Shown here: positions 1 to 12,425 of the stretch, one piece after another
How positions within the stretch are numbered: position 1 is the first letter of the stretch
Layout of the letters: each line of letters begins with the position of its first letter
Assembly: GCA_040954595.2 (NCBI GenBank)
Contig: CM082579.2
Coordinates: 12,649,834-12,713,833 of the forward strand
Direction of reading: 5' to 3'
From: Balanoglossus misakiensis
Lineage: Eukaryota > Animalia > Hemichordata
Length of the DNA: 64,000 nucleotides
Translations under genes and position numbers: made by a program
The notes under the pieces: generated by a model
What the model was told of the DNA's origin: nothing
The model's input: only the letters and a program-made list of their open reading frames with translations
Database searches by the model: none

Positions 1-353
1 ACCATAAACAAGACCTAAAGGACACCAAATTAACCATTGAAAAACTGGCAGAGAGGTTGCATACACAGCAGGAGAGAGTCCTAAAGTGACAAGAACATTT
101 AAATAAAGAAATTGATTGCGCTAGATCAACATCAGGCACTGTTGAAGGATTTCACTGTACTAGAGAAATAATTCATGACCTTGCAGGAGACAAGGTGGTG
201 TGGCATACACTTGGATATATTTGTAAAGTTGCATATACCGGCAGTGTTGGGCAAGTCTTCTAAATTGCATAATCAACAATGGCCACCGTACACCTTCTCT
301 AAAATAAATATGGTGCTTTAACAATTTCAACTTGTCTGACATGGTAATATTAT

Positions 354-1427
354 CACTCTCCCCGATCACTATACATTGAAGTGCTCATTAATGTTCATAT
401 AGGGTCAAAGGTACTGAAAGTTTACTGAAGTGACCTATCAGATGCGTGCGCATATTAATGATTAGTCAGATGAGCTGAAGTCAACTGCAAGTGCCGCACG
501 ACGTTTTAATGTGTTTGTGCACTGTTTCTTCTCCGTCTTTCTGATCTGATTGCTGATATTCAGGAAAGCGTTTTTCATTGTTATTTTATTGTCTTTGATC
601 AAACCCTCATTGTTAGCTGTCAATAACAAGCGAAGTTTTCACACACGGAGCAGCATCCGAACTTCTGTGACAATACACGTGTAGTAGTCTAGATCAACGT
701 CATTGACATGGAGCAAAACTGTGTACGATCGATGTATACAAGATGAACGCATGTACAACGGAGGAGACCCGGAAAAAGCTTGTACTTCATAAAATTCTGG
801 TCGATATTTTACATTGGTTTATGTAGTTCGTCAATTGGGTTTATTCATTGCGATGTCGACATCATTGACACTGCTTCGATCAGTACCTGGTTTGCATGGC
901 TTAATGACCATTCCTTCCTTCCAAAAACATATCTGTGCAGTAAGCGCAGATGCCCTGTCCATGCTTCATGGTACGGATTGGCGCACTTGTGTCTATATCG
1001 TCCACCCATGTTCCGATGTCCGACGCCTATCACCGCAAAGACTAACAAAATCAACGCCAAAAGTCCCCATTTTGCGGTATCACTACCTGATGTGATTCCT
1101 GGAGAAAGGTCTTCGTGCTTCGCTGGAGCCATGGCCACGCCGTGATTCACGACAGCCCCAAACCTCAAAACAACGGTGAAAATCCAATCGCAATGGTAAA
1201 CTTGTTGCTTCGGGGTCAAAGAATCGATATGCCAGCAGGCAAGTTTTTTAGCCCACAGAATTTCGTTTTACAGAGTGAGAAACATGGGGTATATAAAATG
1301 ACAAAGTACTTGTACACTATGAGCGTAATGGCTGCTTTCTGATTGGTCAAAAACTTGTCTGACCTCGAGGCGATTTTCATTATTAAATATTAATGAGCAC
1401 TTCCATATATCGGGATCGGGGAGAGTG
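354..1427. mobile_element. Non-autonomous TIR element with CAC termini (CMC/EnSpm-like)
   Basis: cactctccccgatc...gaagtgctcattaat at 354-392 is mirrored at 1389-1427. Flanks give a 2-bp AT duplication, or TATT if the ends are taken as 352/1429. Confidence 0.7.
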
Positions 1428-1525
1428 ATTATTAGACAACTCTTTTAATTTGCATTATTCAAAATGGCCACCAAACACCTCCTGGATAATTTAACTTTTG
1501 GCCTACTTGTCCCATGATTATGTTT

Positions 1526-4124
1526 TAGTGGAGCGGCCAAACCCTAATTTTCATAGCGATTGTGCATTTTGTGATAAAAGCACCAAACTTGGCTCAGATG
1601 TGTGTTAATGTGAACTAAACGAATTCAGATAGCGAGCCACTAAATATCTGTTGATGAGTTTCCATGGCAACCAATTTTTCAAAATGGCCACCAATACAGA
1701 TAATTTCACCCACCAAATAACAACTGTAAACACCAAAATAAATTTAGATTACTATATTTGATACAAGGAACTGTGGAAAGAATGATTTGCAAAGATATTA
1801 TGGTTACTAAACTACTTATAGGGGTAAGTAAGTTATCAAAACAAAATTTAAAGGCCTTTGTTCTCGGATTAATATGTGCTCCTCTAGAAGTGAAACCATA
1901 CTGTCTATGGTCAAACATTAGGCTAATTGCGATATTTAACTTGCAGTACGTAAATTACACATATGAATCACAACAGTTTACCACCTTAGCTAATGATAAT
2001 CATATTAACAGATCACCGATATATTCAAATTGCACACGGATGTGGGCTTAACTTACTCGTGACTGGTAAAATTTCCTTATCAACTGAGAGTCCACTGCCC
2101 GAAATAGACGTTGATCCAAACTGAGTCCGCGGTCGTCGCGTTTATTGGTCGACAGACATACACATAGGGCCTCAAAGGCAATGCAATCTAAATGGACGCC
2201 GGGTAACAAACCATGCGAAAATGTTGGCTTTGTTTCGACCACAATCACAACCGCAGCGTTGACAACGTTTTTTTCGGGGTGTTGATGTTTGTCAAAATGC
2301 CATAGGAAATTAAAGAAACTTAAGTCGAATTGCTGAAACGTTAATAATCGACCATATGTCTTGATACTTTAGATCATGTATCAGTTCCACTCCAGCAATT
2401 TTGGCGACTGTTAACAGAGTTGACCAAAAGATAAATGGTGTCTATGATTCCAAACTCATAACAATTACACCGGGGGACACAACATTATTTTATTTGTCGA
2501 GAATAGTGTTCATCATGCCATAAATATTGTCAAAAATGTGTGTTAATTATAGAAACCCAACTAAATATACAAGCAGTTGGCCTTTAGATTGGTAAATGGA
2601 AAAACAGGTATTATTGCAATTTTCTGGGATTAGGTGGCCCAATGCTCCCAACAAGTCACTTGGAATGTACTTTCATTCTAATATCTCAATGTGTAAAGAT
2701 CCGACTTTGCAAGAGATATTAGGAAAACTTCATTTCATTTAATAGCATGAAGTAAGCGAAATCTTACTCTTTACAGAAAACTTGTGATCCTGAAGACTTT
2801 TGATGTTTTGAAGCTTATTTTCACTTTATCATTTTATTATTTGATTTTGGGGGTTCAAAAATACACAAAATAACATGTCAAAATAGAACTGCTGACTATC
2901 ATCAAGGTGCGATTAAAATTATCGATAACATGAGCAATACAAAGCACTTCAAGCGACTTCATCAAAACGCTTTCCGAGGACAAGTATTGGATGAAAAGTT
3001 TGAAACAGATTTTGATTTTGATTCCTAACATCTATCTATGTATATACAACCTAGACATAGTTAGTTTCTATAGTAACTTTAACAAACCAATCGACTGTCA
3101 TGATACTGGCTTTCTGCCATCATTTTATGGGGAAGTGTTCTTTATTTGCATGAATCATTTGATGAAGATAAAATAGAAAAGCTAGATTCTGCACTGATTC
3201 AAACTGGTCAGATCAATTTATAAGGTTGAGAAACAAGATGCCGTTTTTTCCTGGGTTGACTAAATTTGGAATTTTGTTCATGACAGATATTTTTATGGGG
3301 AAAATAACGAATCAACTGAGGTTTACTTGTTAAACTTTTATCACAAAATGCCAAAATGTTATGAAAATGTTGTTTATGCCAGGTCACTATTATAATATAT
3401 CTATGGTTATACAGTGTTTTAACTAAGTTTGTTGTAATCTGGGTTATTACCAAACTTGAATTTCTTTAGCGACTGAATCTCGATCCTGTATTTACCCCTT
3501 TAACTAGTTTAGTGATGATAAAAAATTTTGAAAATTACTCTTTGAGCAGTTTCTTGTTTCAAATTTTGTAATATGAATTTATTTTGGAGTTTTATAATTG
3601 TTATTTTGTGGGTGAGATTATCTGTATTGGCGGCCATTTTGAAAAAAATGAAAAAAATGGTTGCCATGGAAACTCAAAAACAGATATTGTGGCTCGCTAT
3701 CTGAATTTGTTTAGTACACATTAATGCACATCTGAGCCAAGTTTGGTGCTTGTATCACAAAATGCACAATCGATTTGTTATGCCGCTATACTGTAGACGT
3801 TAAACTGTGTTTTATCCTTTATTCTATATTCATAACTATTTCGGTGACCACAAATACTTTGCAAATCACCCTTTCTATAGTTTCTGGTTTCAAATATCAT
3901 AATCTGAAAGTACCTTGGTGTTCTTTAGTCGTTATTTTGTAGGAAAGATTAATGTAGTGGCGGCCATTTTGAAAAATGGTTGCCATGGCTACCCGTTAAC
4001 AGATATTAAGTGGCTCGCTATCTGAATTTGCTTAGTACACAGTAACACACATCTGAGCCAAGTTCGGTGCTTTTATCACAAAATGCACAATCGCTATGAA
4101 AATTGGGGTTTGGCCGCTCCACTA
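1526..4124. mobile_element. Non-autonomous Academ-type element (TAG...CTA termini, long imperfect TIRs)
   Basis: Begins tagtggagcggccaaacc and ends ggtttggccgctccacta. The ~190-bp left end is mirrored twice on the right (~3600-3790 and ~3955-4124). TSD not clean (ttt/tta). Confidence 0.7.
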
Positions 4125-5158
4125 TTAATAGTCCGTGCGCAAGTACGTTAAGGCCTGTCTCGGCGGAATTTTCATGAATAATTCATAAGGGTAATGAATA
4201 TTCATATTACGGTACGCGCATGCGTGGAATGCATGGAAGCCACATTGAGGATAGCGCTCGGAATATGTCTTGACGCATGATGACGCTCACGTCACACGTA
4301 AACTTCATAGAAATGAACAAAATCTACCGAATGAAAACACTTGAAAAACAGAAGAATCGTTTCGGGGGATGCCCTCTTTTACAAGGCCAACAACTTGGTT
4401 CGATTGCATCAATATCTGACGTTACTGTGATACGATGTTTAGGTAAGTTGAAACTCAATACGGACGCTGTGGTTTATGCAGTGATTGAATAGACCATGAC
4501 CGTGCACAATATGACATCAAAATCGCCCATAACAGAAACAGAAAGTCTCATTTGGGTATCAAACTTCACGAAAAATTGATTCTTAGGCCATGATAAAATG
4601 TATAGTATTTCCATTCTTGCAAATAAAAATGCTGAAGAAAACACGCCACTCCTTTTATGGTGACAAAACAGGTCAGTATGTTTATTTACATAAGAAAGGT
4701 AAATCACAGTACAGGTCACTAGTTCATTGACAGAATTGACACATTGTTTTGTAAAAGACCAATAGTTACAATTAATCATTCAGTTTTAAAAATTATGTAC
4801 AAATCGATCCTGTATTTCATCAGAGAAAGGGTATTGAAATTGTTTTGTATAGGTTAATATATATTGCATTCAACATAAGACATTCCCTTTTTCATTGAAA
4901 TACTTGTCAACCCAATAATTATTAAGTAAAAACATGTTCAAAATGTTTAGTATGGATAGAAAAAAATGACATATACTCTGAAATTGTTGCAATCAAACAA
5001 CAGAGTAAACAGCGTGACCTGTATGTGAAATTTGGACAACGCCATATATTGCAGTTTATACAGAGAATATTGTCTGTCTCTATGAAACATACTACGTAGT
5101 AGTCCATGCCACAAAGATGATCATACACTCTGATGTGTTTCACACAAGTCTATTTGTT

Positions 5159-8100
5159 GTTATTCATAATCAATTCCCCAATGTTGCAGAAACTTTGCTG
5201 CCATTGTTTTTTGTTTGTAGATTCTGTTAAATAGGATTTTTCTTATAATCACCTAATGATGGGAGGTCACCATGATTTCGTATACAAAACTCTTTCTCCC
5301 AACCTTTGATGGCATATTTTGCAATATTAAATGCTTTCAATAATTTGGAGGTTATTCTCACTTTGGCATCTTCATAACAATTTTTGATTTGCTTATTGGA
5401 GAGATTTTCTTTCAACTGACGTCTGTATTTACTGAACACTTGAACTTCACGTGTTCTTCCCAGAATAAATTCTAAATTCTTAACAGTATCTGAATCTTGA
5501 GATTTATTGGCAGGATGAGCAATAGTGTTGCTGTCACTACTACAATCCATCTGCATGTCCTTACTAATATCAGTGTCTCTATTTACAGAGTGTGAATCAT
5601 CATCACAAATACATGTAGGCACATCTGATGCCAGGTAGTCTTCTTGATGAAATTCTATGCAAACACCTTGAATATCAGTACTCTCCACAACACTATCTTC
5701 TTCACAGTCATACACAGGTTGGTCTTGTAATGGATCTGGTGCCTCTTCATTGTTTTCCTCTACAACATTGTCTGATTAAATAAAAAAACAGTTAACATTT
5801 CAGTCATGAACAATTTGTCTATTAAGTCTAATTCGTTTAAATTTCTGCATTCATATCATTACACACTAAATGACTTTACATGTTGAATTTATTATGACTT
5901 GTTTACATTAAACATACAAATTAACTTTGCCTGTGATATAATTTGAGCACATTAACACAATTGCTGGATTAAAATTGACCAACAAATTGAGTAAATACTA
6001 ATTCTTGCTGACATGGTTTTCATGAAATTTTATGAGCCATATATGATATAAACAATTGTTTTATATGCAAAGTGAAACAGGCTTAGATGTATGTACTTTA
6101 AGCTTGCTCTTACCAGTACTTGAGTTATCTGTAATGTTGATCATACCAATTCTGTCTCCATTTTCACCATACAACTTTATTTTCTTCAGAGGCCAGCTGA
6201 AGTCTTCAGCAACATCTTGGACCTTCTCAAGACATTTCTCCCAACATTCAGTGATGTAATTGCTCACCTTACACATTGCAGTTGAGCGGAAGTGATGGAG
6301 TGGTGGCCCTTCCTGAACACAATAGTTGGTAGGTATCTGTATGAATACTTTCACCAACCAAACTCTCTCTTTCAGCTTTTCAATTTTGTCTTTGCAAGGT
6401 CAAAGGTTAGATGTCACTGAAAATGCATACATTATGTCATATTTACAAAAACGTTCTAGCGGAGCACTTTCAGAGTCCTGCCAATTATTGCATGCTCTTG
6501 CTGGTGTACAATTTGACCCTTGACCTCAGCAAAATAATTTACTCAAAGGGCAGACGAGTTAAAAAGTGGTAGGTTATCATGAACAATCAACACATGAACA
6601 TGGAAATGGCATGACGTGACTCAAGGATTTTAAGTTAAATGTATTTAATTCCACAGTTATCAAGAATTATATCTTTGAGTCAAGGTCATGCTATTTTCTG
6701 ATTTTCATCATACATGATTGTTCAGACTTAGCATACTGTTACAATCCACTTGCAGAAAATCAGTTTGTTTTTAAATGTATGTCTTTGTTGTCATTATACC
6801 ATGTGTTTTTAAAGGCTACAGAAAGGGAAGGTCATTGTCTTTAAATATTATTTAGTTTTTTGGATGTGTGATAGGACATTACATTTTACACACAGCATGT
6901 TTAGTCCAAATAACTCAACTTTCTACATTGTCAAGTGAACAAGAGCCAATGTCAAGGGTAGTGACTTTCTCTTGCAGTATCCTAACTTAAAATAGTTGTA
7001 CTGGTGAATTACAAAATATTTTCTCAATTGACATACCTTGTGAAAGGTTGGTTCTTCATGACTGTCATGAAATTCCACTCCATTCGCAGTCTCCTTCCAC
7101 CACACTCCCTCACCTGGTAGCATGAAATCTGCTATTCGTTCCAGGTGACTTTGGACAAGTGTTGGTCTCTGTTTCAGCATTTCCTTTCCTAACACTGTGT
7201 TGTGATTAGGGGGTAGTTCCTTGGCAAGCTTCTTAATTTCCCCTTCTTGTTTCTCCAGTGAATCACCATCTGCATTCACCACGTCCTCTGCATGCAGTCT
7301 GACAATTGCATTGCCTATAATCCCACCAGGACGCTTTGATGATGTCATCTTGGTGATACGCTTGATTCGATTGAAAATACGTTCTTGGTTTTCAGCATTT
7401 GTTGATCTTAGGCTGACAATTCTCAGTTGTTCAGGGAGATGTACTGTAAGGTTATGAAAATACCTGCCATAAAAACGCCTGTGTGTCATGGTTTTTGGGG
7501 TACCGATAACTTGTTTGCACAGATATCCATGAAGGAATGCAAGATTGTAGCATCTCAGTACTTGTCTCGGATTTCTGTATTCATCATGTTGATATGCAAT
7601 TTCTGTTAACTCCACCAATGTGTTAACTAGTTGGCCAAGCTCTGCATCCATCTTTCCATTGGTGATCTCACTGTCAATATACTGAGATAGAAGAATGGCA
7701 GCTTTTCTGGCATCTGATCCACGTATTTCGTCTTTGTTGTTGCATGCATGTTTGATAAATTCTTTCATTTCTTTTTTTTCCTCTACATGTGATGGTAATT
7801 CTTCAAGTAGGTTGGTTATGTGGCCCTTGATATCATGGAGAGGCTCACACTTCAAAACTTCATATCTGTCACAGTTGATTTCCTTTAGTGGTACCTCCTG
7901 GTCTGAGTATAGCAAGGCAGGCACCCGCTTGACACCATGAAGAACATCCTTTAAATTCTCTTGCAGTGCAGGTTTTAACAGCCCATCGGTGTCTTCACCT
8001 CTTTCCTCCAATTCTTCTCTTAGCTCTTTCACAGACAGATTTGCAAATGGGTTTAGCTTTGACTTGTTTTTCTTCCAAACTGCACTATTTTTTGTGACAA

Positions 8101-10072
8101 GATTTCGCTTGTCTTCTAATGACAGGGACTTAATTTTGTAGCAGTAGGCAAGGTCATCATGTCTCCTAGAATCTGCACCACACAGGCACTGGTAGTTACC
8201 ACCAATCTGATGGCCTTCTTCAAACTGTTGTGCTGGCCCATCACCATGAAAAAATCTATGGATGTCCTGGTACTGCATGCTTGTTGCTGTTGCCACAGGT
8301 TTTGTTGCTGCCTTTAGGTCTGCTACTCTTGGATCTGTGTAAGCTAGTTGATCTGCCTCATTGCTGTCAGATCTACCCATGATGTACAATTGGGGTTTTT
8401 CAACCAGACTCTGAACATCCATGTTTATACCATATGCCTCCCTATACTCTTCTCTGGTGAGATATACCGCAGGATCATATATCCAACTGACCATAAATAC
8501 AATGTGTGGATGATTAGCTACACTACTGTGGTCATGCCATACCTTAAAATGCCTTGTTGCTTCCAACATTTTAAGTCTTTCCCTCATCTCTTCCAAAGAT
8601 AGACCATCTTGATACTCATGTATTTCTTTGAGAATGGGGACAATATCTTCTTCTAGTAGATCTTCATAGTTTTCTGCTGTGTTTCTCAGCACTCCAGCAT
8701 CTTCTTGTCGTTTTAGCTCTTCCTCCCTGATCTTTGATAATGCTATCTTTCTCCCATATACAGAGTAACTTTCTTTCTTCAACTCATTGTCTTCATACTT
8801 TCTCACAGTAAACACTCTTGGGGCAATAAGTTCACCAATATCAATTTCACCTTCTAGTATTTTCTGTTTTAGTGTGTTTTGCAGTTTGTTTGCTGACGGA
8901 GTCTGGGGAAGGGGTATTTCTCCTCCAAAACCTCTCTTTTGTTTGCGACATACTCTTCTCTCATAATCCCGTCCTTGAACTTTCTGATAAACATTAAATT
9001 TATCAACATCTATACCATGAGACACAGCATAATCCTTCAGTATTTGACCTGCATTTGCTGCAACTTTATTTGGGTCGGATACAGCAGGAACTTTGTACTT
9101 TCTGCCCAGTTCACTCCAGTTTACCCTCTGACCTGCCTTATACTGTGATAATTCATTAATAACATCTTCTTTATTCCAGGTCCTTGATGTATGGAGTCCT
9201 ACATGTTTGCGAGGTGTCCGTTTACCCATGGCTTCCATATCAAGTCGACGGTTTACCCTTTCCTTAGCTGCTGTCCGTGACTCATAACCCTTCACAAGTC
9301 GTTCTCGTTCATAACATGCAAACGAGTTACCGGTACCAATAACACCATATAAATCTGCATCATTCTCACACTATTTTACTTCAACCTCTTTCTTTACTTT
9401 TCTTAATAGTGCTCTTCTCTGCTTTTTAGCTTGAGTTGGACTGATTTTTCTCTGTAGATCTACTTCCTTAACACTTGAAAGTGCAGTGCTCAATTCCATG
9501 TTATATGTCTTTACAAAGTAAGGATTACATCTTGAATAAAGTTGCTGAGCAGCTGTAATGCCATCTCTCTGTGTGTATTTTGCCTTCTTCTCACTAGCAC
9601 AGTCAGCATCTGCTGAATTGTTGATCAATTCCACAAAAGGTGACCTTACACGCTTACGGTTGTACTTGTTGAGAATATGTACCGCAATATCAATGGTTTC
9701 ACATGCATGACAGTTAACTGCTGTATGTACCTTCTGTCGAGATGGAGCCAAATTGTGCCAACTATCATATGAGAAGTACTTCAAGAATGTCATCTTCTGA
9801 CCATCACGATTATAATTTACCCAGTTTGATTTAACACTAAGGGTTTTCTCAAAGAAAGTTATCTTTCTTTGAAATAACGGAAAATTAACTAGCATGCTGT
9901 GGTTCGATTTCACCATACTGCAGTAGGTAGCATACCTGCTCTTCATGGTCAGATTTTGGGAAGGCATCATTTTGGCGCCAATGTTAGCAGTGCAACCCAT
10001 ATCTTGTCCAATTGGTGATATTTCATCTCTTGTCTTGCTGATTTCTTTAGTGCTTCTTGCAGCGATTGTCAT
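5159..10072 (-). pseudogene. Spliced RAG1/Transib/Chapaev-like DDE transposase (~1,280 aa reconstructed) with SAP-like insertion; one nonsense codon and one C-terminal frameshift
   Basis: ORFs 9371-10129 and 6923-9295 are in frame across a single TAG (9371-9373). Phase-compatible GT-AG joins 7037^6312 and 6114^5771. Motifs WHDHS, FFHGDGP..GGNYQCLC, EPLHD, YFHNLTVHLPE, NAENQE; SAP-like LSVKELREELEERG..TDGLLKPALQENL. Confidence 0.75.
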
Positions 10073-10517
10073 GAAATAGCTACAGAAACTCATACTGCTG
10101 CTGTGCTGGTCAAATAGTGAACATACCAATGTATAGGCGAAAAAACCTCACAAAATTCACCATCGAGATTTGTGTCAGGCAGTCAAAATTGGCGCCCAGA
10201 TTATCCCAAAGTGCTTTGCGAATAGTCATGACGTCACGAGAAACGCTGGATTTTTGAGAAAATACTTGATTTTCTACAACTATTTTGAAAGAAATCTCTG
10301 ACAGAAAATACGAGACTGGCACAACATGATTTAAATCTGTTCAAACTGCATTTATTTCGCATAAAAACTGAGGGAAAGGGGGTCAAACTTACTTCATCGT
10401 GTATAAACTTACCAATTTCGTCAAGAAAATCCAGAATTAAGGAGAAAAAGTCGCAAAAAATCAACGTTTGTTCGAGATACGATAGTTGTTGACAAATTGT
10501 AAGAACAGCTGATTGAT

Positions 10518-10939
10518 GCCGGTGTTGTGCCGAATTCGGCCCCATGCCGAATACGTCCCCGCGCATGCCTTGACAAACAAACCATGGCTTCTAAGGGATA
10601 AGATAGGCAGGTAAAGCTGCTGATTTCAGCCCCGTTGCCGATTAAGACCCCAACTAAAGTCATGTTAACTATTGAAAGCTAAAAGTGATGGTTTCGGCCT
10701 AAATGGGTGAATATCTGCCCATGGCCCTGATTTGTTGGTGGAATGAAATTAAATCCTTGCGGTAATGCAATGTCCAAGTTTACAGTGCAGTACAATGTAC
10801 ATTCATGCACAGCCTTACATGCACGTTGGATGGCAAAACTTTCACACAAGAAAATGCAATATTTCAGACACATGTTACTGATGACCCGAGCATGCGCGGG
10901 ACGTATTCGGCATGGGGCCGAATTCGGCACAACACCGGC
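10518..10939. mobile_element. MITE-like element with ~50-bp TIRs upstream of the transposase
   Basis: gccggtgttgtgccgaattcggccccatgccgaatacgtccc..gcatgc (10518-10568) is mirrored at 10890-10939. No clear TSD. Confidence 0.7.
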
Positions 10940-11722
10940 TATCCCAGGTATAAACTCGATAGAGCAAGCGCAGATTGTCGCATTGACGATGCCTTTGAGG
11001 TCATGACCTTTGCGAGAGTTGCGTTGAAGTGAAATGTATAACCGATTTTATTTTCGTAAATTCCAACCGCTAAATCGTTTTATTTCTTAACATTACACCA
11101 CAGAGTAGTTCAACACTAAGTGTTCTTTCAGATATTAGAAGGGACAGTGCGATTTGTGAAAGATTTTGCTTATACAGTACTTCAAATTTTGGAAAGTTTG
11201 GACTTTTAACGTATTTTCTGACATCGCATGTCTTTCACCCGTCATAGCTCTCATATTGTAATGAAATTTGGTATGTCCACAGTGTAAGTCGGTTTAATGG
11301 AAGTTGAGGTTTCCAAAACTACCATAAATACGGGAATAAGACCGTGTTTAGCGGTTAGAATATTTAAATTATTACATATCACATATTTTTACCCAAAATG
11401 GCTACGTAGTAGTCACGTGACTTGTTATATGCAAATGTTATCGACATCTAAGTGTTGGCCTTACAAATTTCTACCCCTGTGCCAATTTTTTCGCAAATCC
11501 CTCGAGTCCTTTTTAAGAAATGGACTGTCGACTGAAAATGGGCACTACAGCCCATATACCCAGGCCTTAACGTACTTGCGTGGTCTGGAGGGGCCCACTG
11601 TGCACCCCCCCCCCCCATAAACCTACCCCTTGGGTATTTTTTTGTTCTTCATAACGTGCTGAACAAGAAAAAAAATGTTAACATTGAATTTTTTGGGTTG
11701 CACTACTCCTCCGGGGTGGTTT

Positions 11723-12120
11723 TTAGGTCCCATTGGTATATACCATGGGACCTTATGGGATCGGTTGCGTCTGTATGTATGTATGGATGTATGGATGTAT
11801 GGATGGATGGATGTATGTCTGTATGTCCGTCCACATCAAAAACTTGAAAACCACTGCGCGTATCACCTCAATATTTGGTGTGTAGGTGCAGGCTGGGCTG
11901 TAGATGGGAGTTTGTCCAAACGAAGTTGCCAGGCCCAAAAATATGCTAATTAGCTGGAAAAATGTGAAATTTATCAAAACTCTGAAAGTCAACAACTACT
12001 CGTCAGATTGCTTTAAAATTGGTATGCATGTACCATATGTCAACCTCACATCGACCTGTAAGTGTTACGTTAATATCATCGATGTTTTATTTTTTATGAA
12101 TTTTTTAGTCTTTTTATTAA
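11723..12120 (+). mobile_element. Helentron-associated (HINE/DINE-like) interspersed repeat, partial
   Basis: Starts in a T-run; hairpin aggtcccat-tggtatatacca-tgggacct, then a (GTAT/GGAT)n microsatellite at 11771-11830. Related copy near 35113. Confidence 0.55.
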
Positions 12121-12297
12121 ATTTATACCTTTACTTATACCTCTATGGTTAAGCTATGTCCACGTCTTATTGTGGAATTCTGGTCTGTGCAATAGTCCTG
12201 TACAGTGACTGTCTATTGGTCAGTGAGCACAATGTGGCCAAAATAAAAGGCAAAATAAAGTCGTGATTGATACTGAGAGCTACACCAAGGAAGTGGT

Positions 12298-12425
12298 TTC
12301 TGTCACGTCTGATGTTGCTTCTGTCAACAATGGGGTGTATTCAGGGCTTTTGACAAGATTGAAGATTGATAAAAGGCCGTGGCTATTGACTATCCACTGT
12401 GCCTCTCATCATGTTGAGCTTGCTA
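12298..12425 (+). pseudogene. hAT (ZNF862-like) transposase fragment
   Basis: Translates as SDVASVNNGVYSGLLTRLKIDKRPWLLTIHCASHHVELA, matching the hAT DGA..N..G...CxxH.L.LA signature. Confidence 0.65.

Larger units (their letters stand above)
4138..11580 (-). mobile_element. Full-length DNA transposon of the CMC/Transib/RAG-related group, 20-bp perfect TIRs, 2-bp TSD (TG)
   Basis: cgcaagtacgttaaggcctg at 4138-4157 and its exact reverse complement at 11561-11580. Comparison with the uninterrupted Academ end at 13545 shows a 2-nt duplication. Confidence 0.85.
4129..11722. mobile_element. Truncated Academ terminus split by the 4138-11580 insertion
   Basis: tagtccgtg (4129-4137) plus gtctggagggg...gtgcacccccc...ggggtggtttt (11583-11722) matches the Academ terminus at 13545-13697. 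Confidence 0.8.

Noticed and set aside
4138-11580. ProtoRAG (RAG1L-RAG2L) transposon
   Set aside because: No kelch/PHD RAG2-like gene, no CACAGTG-like heptamer ends and no 5-bp TSD.
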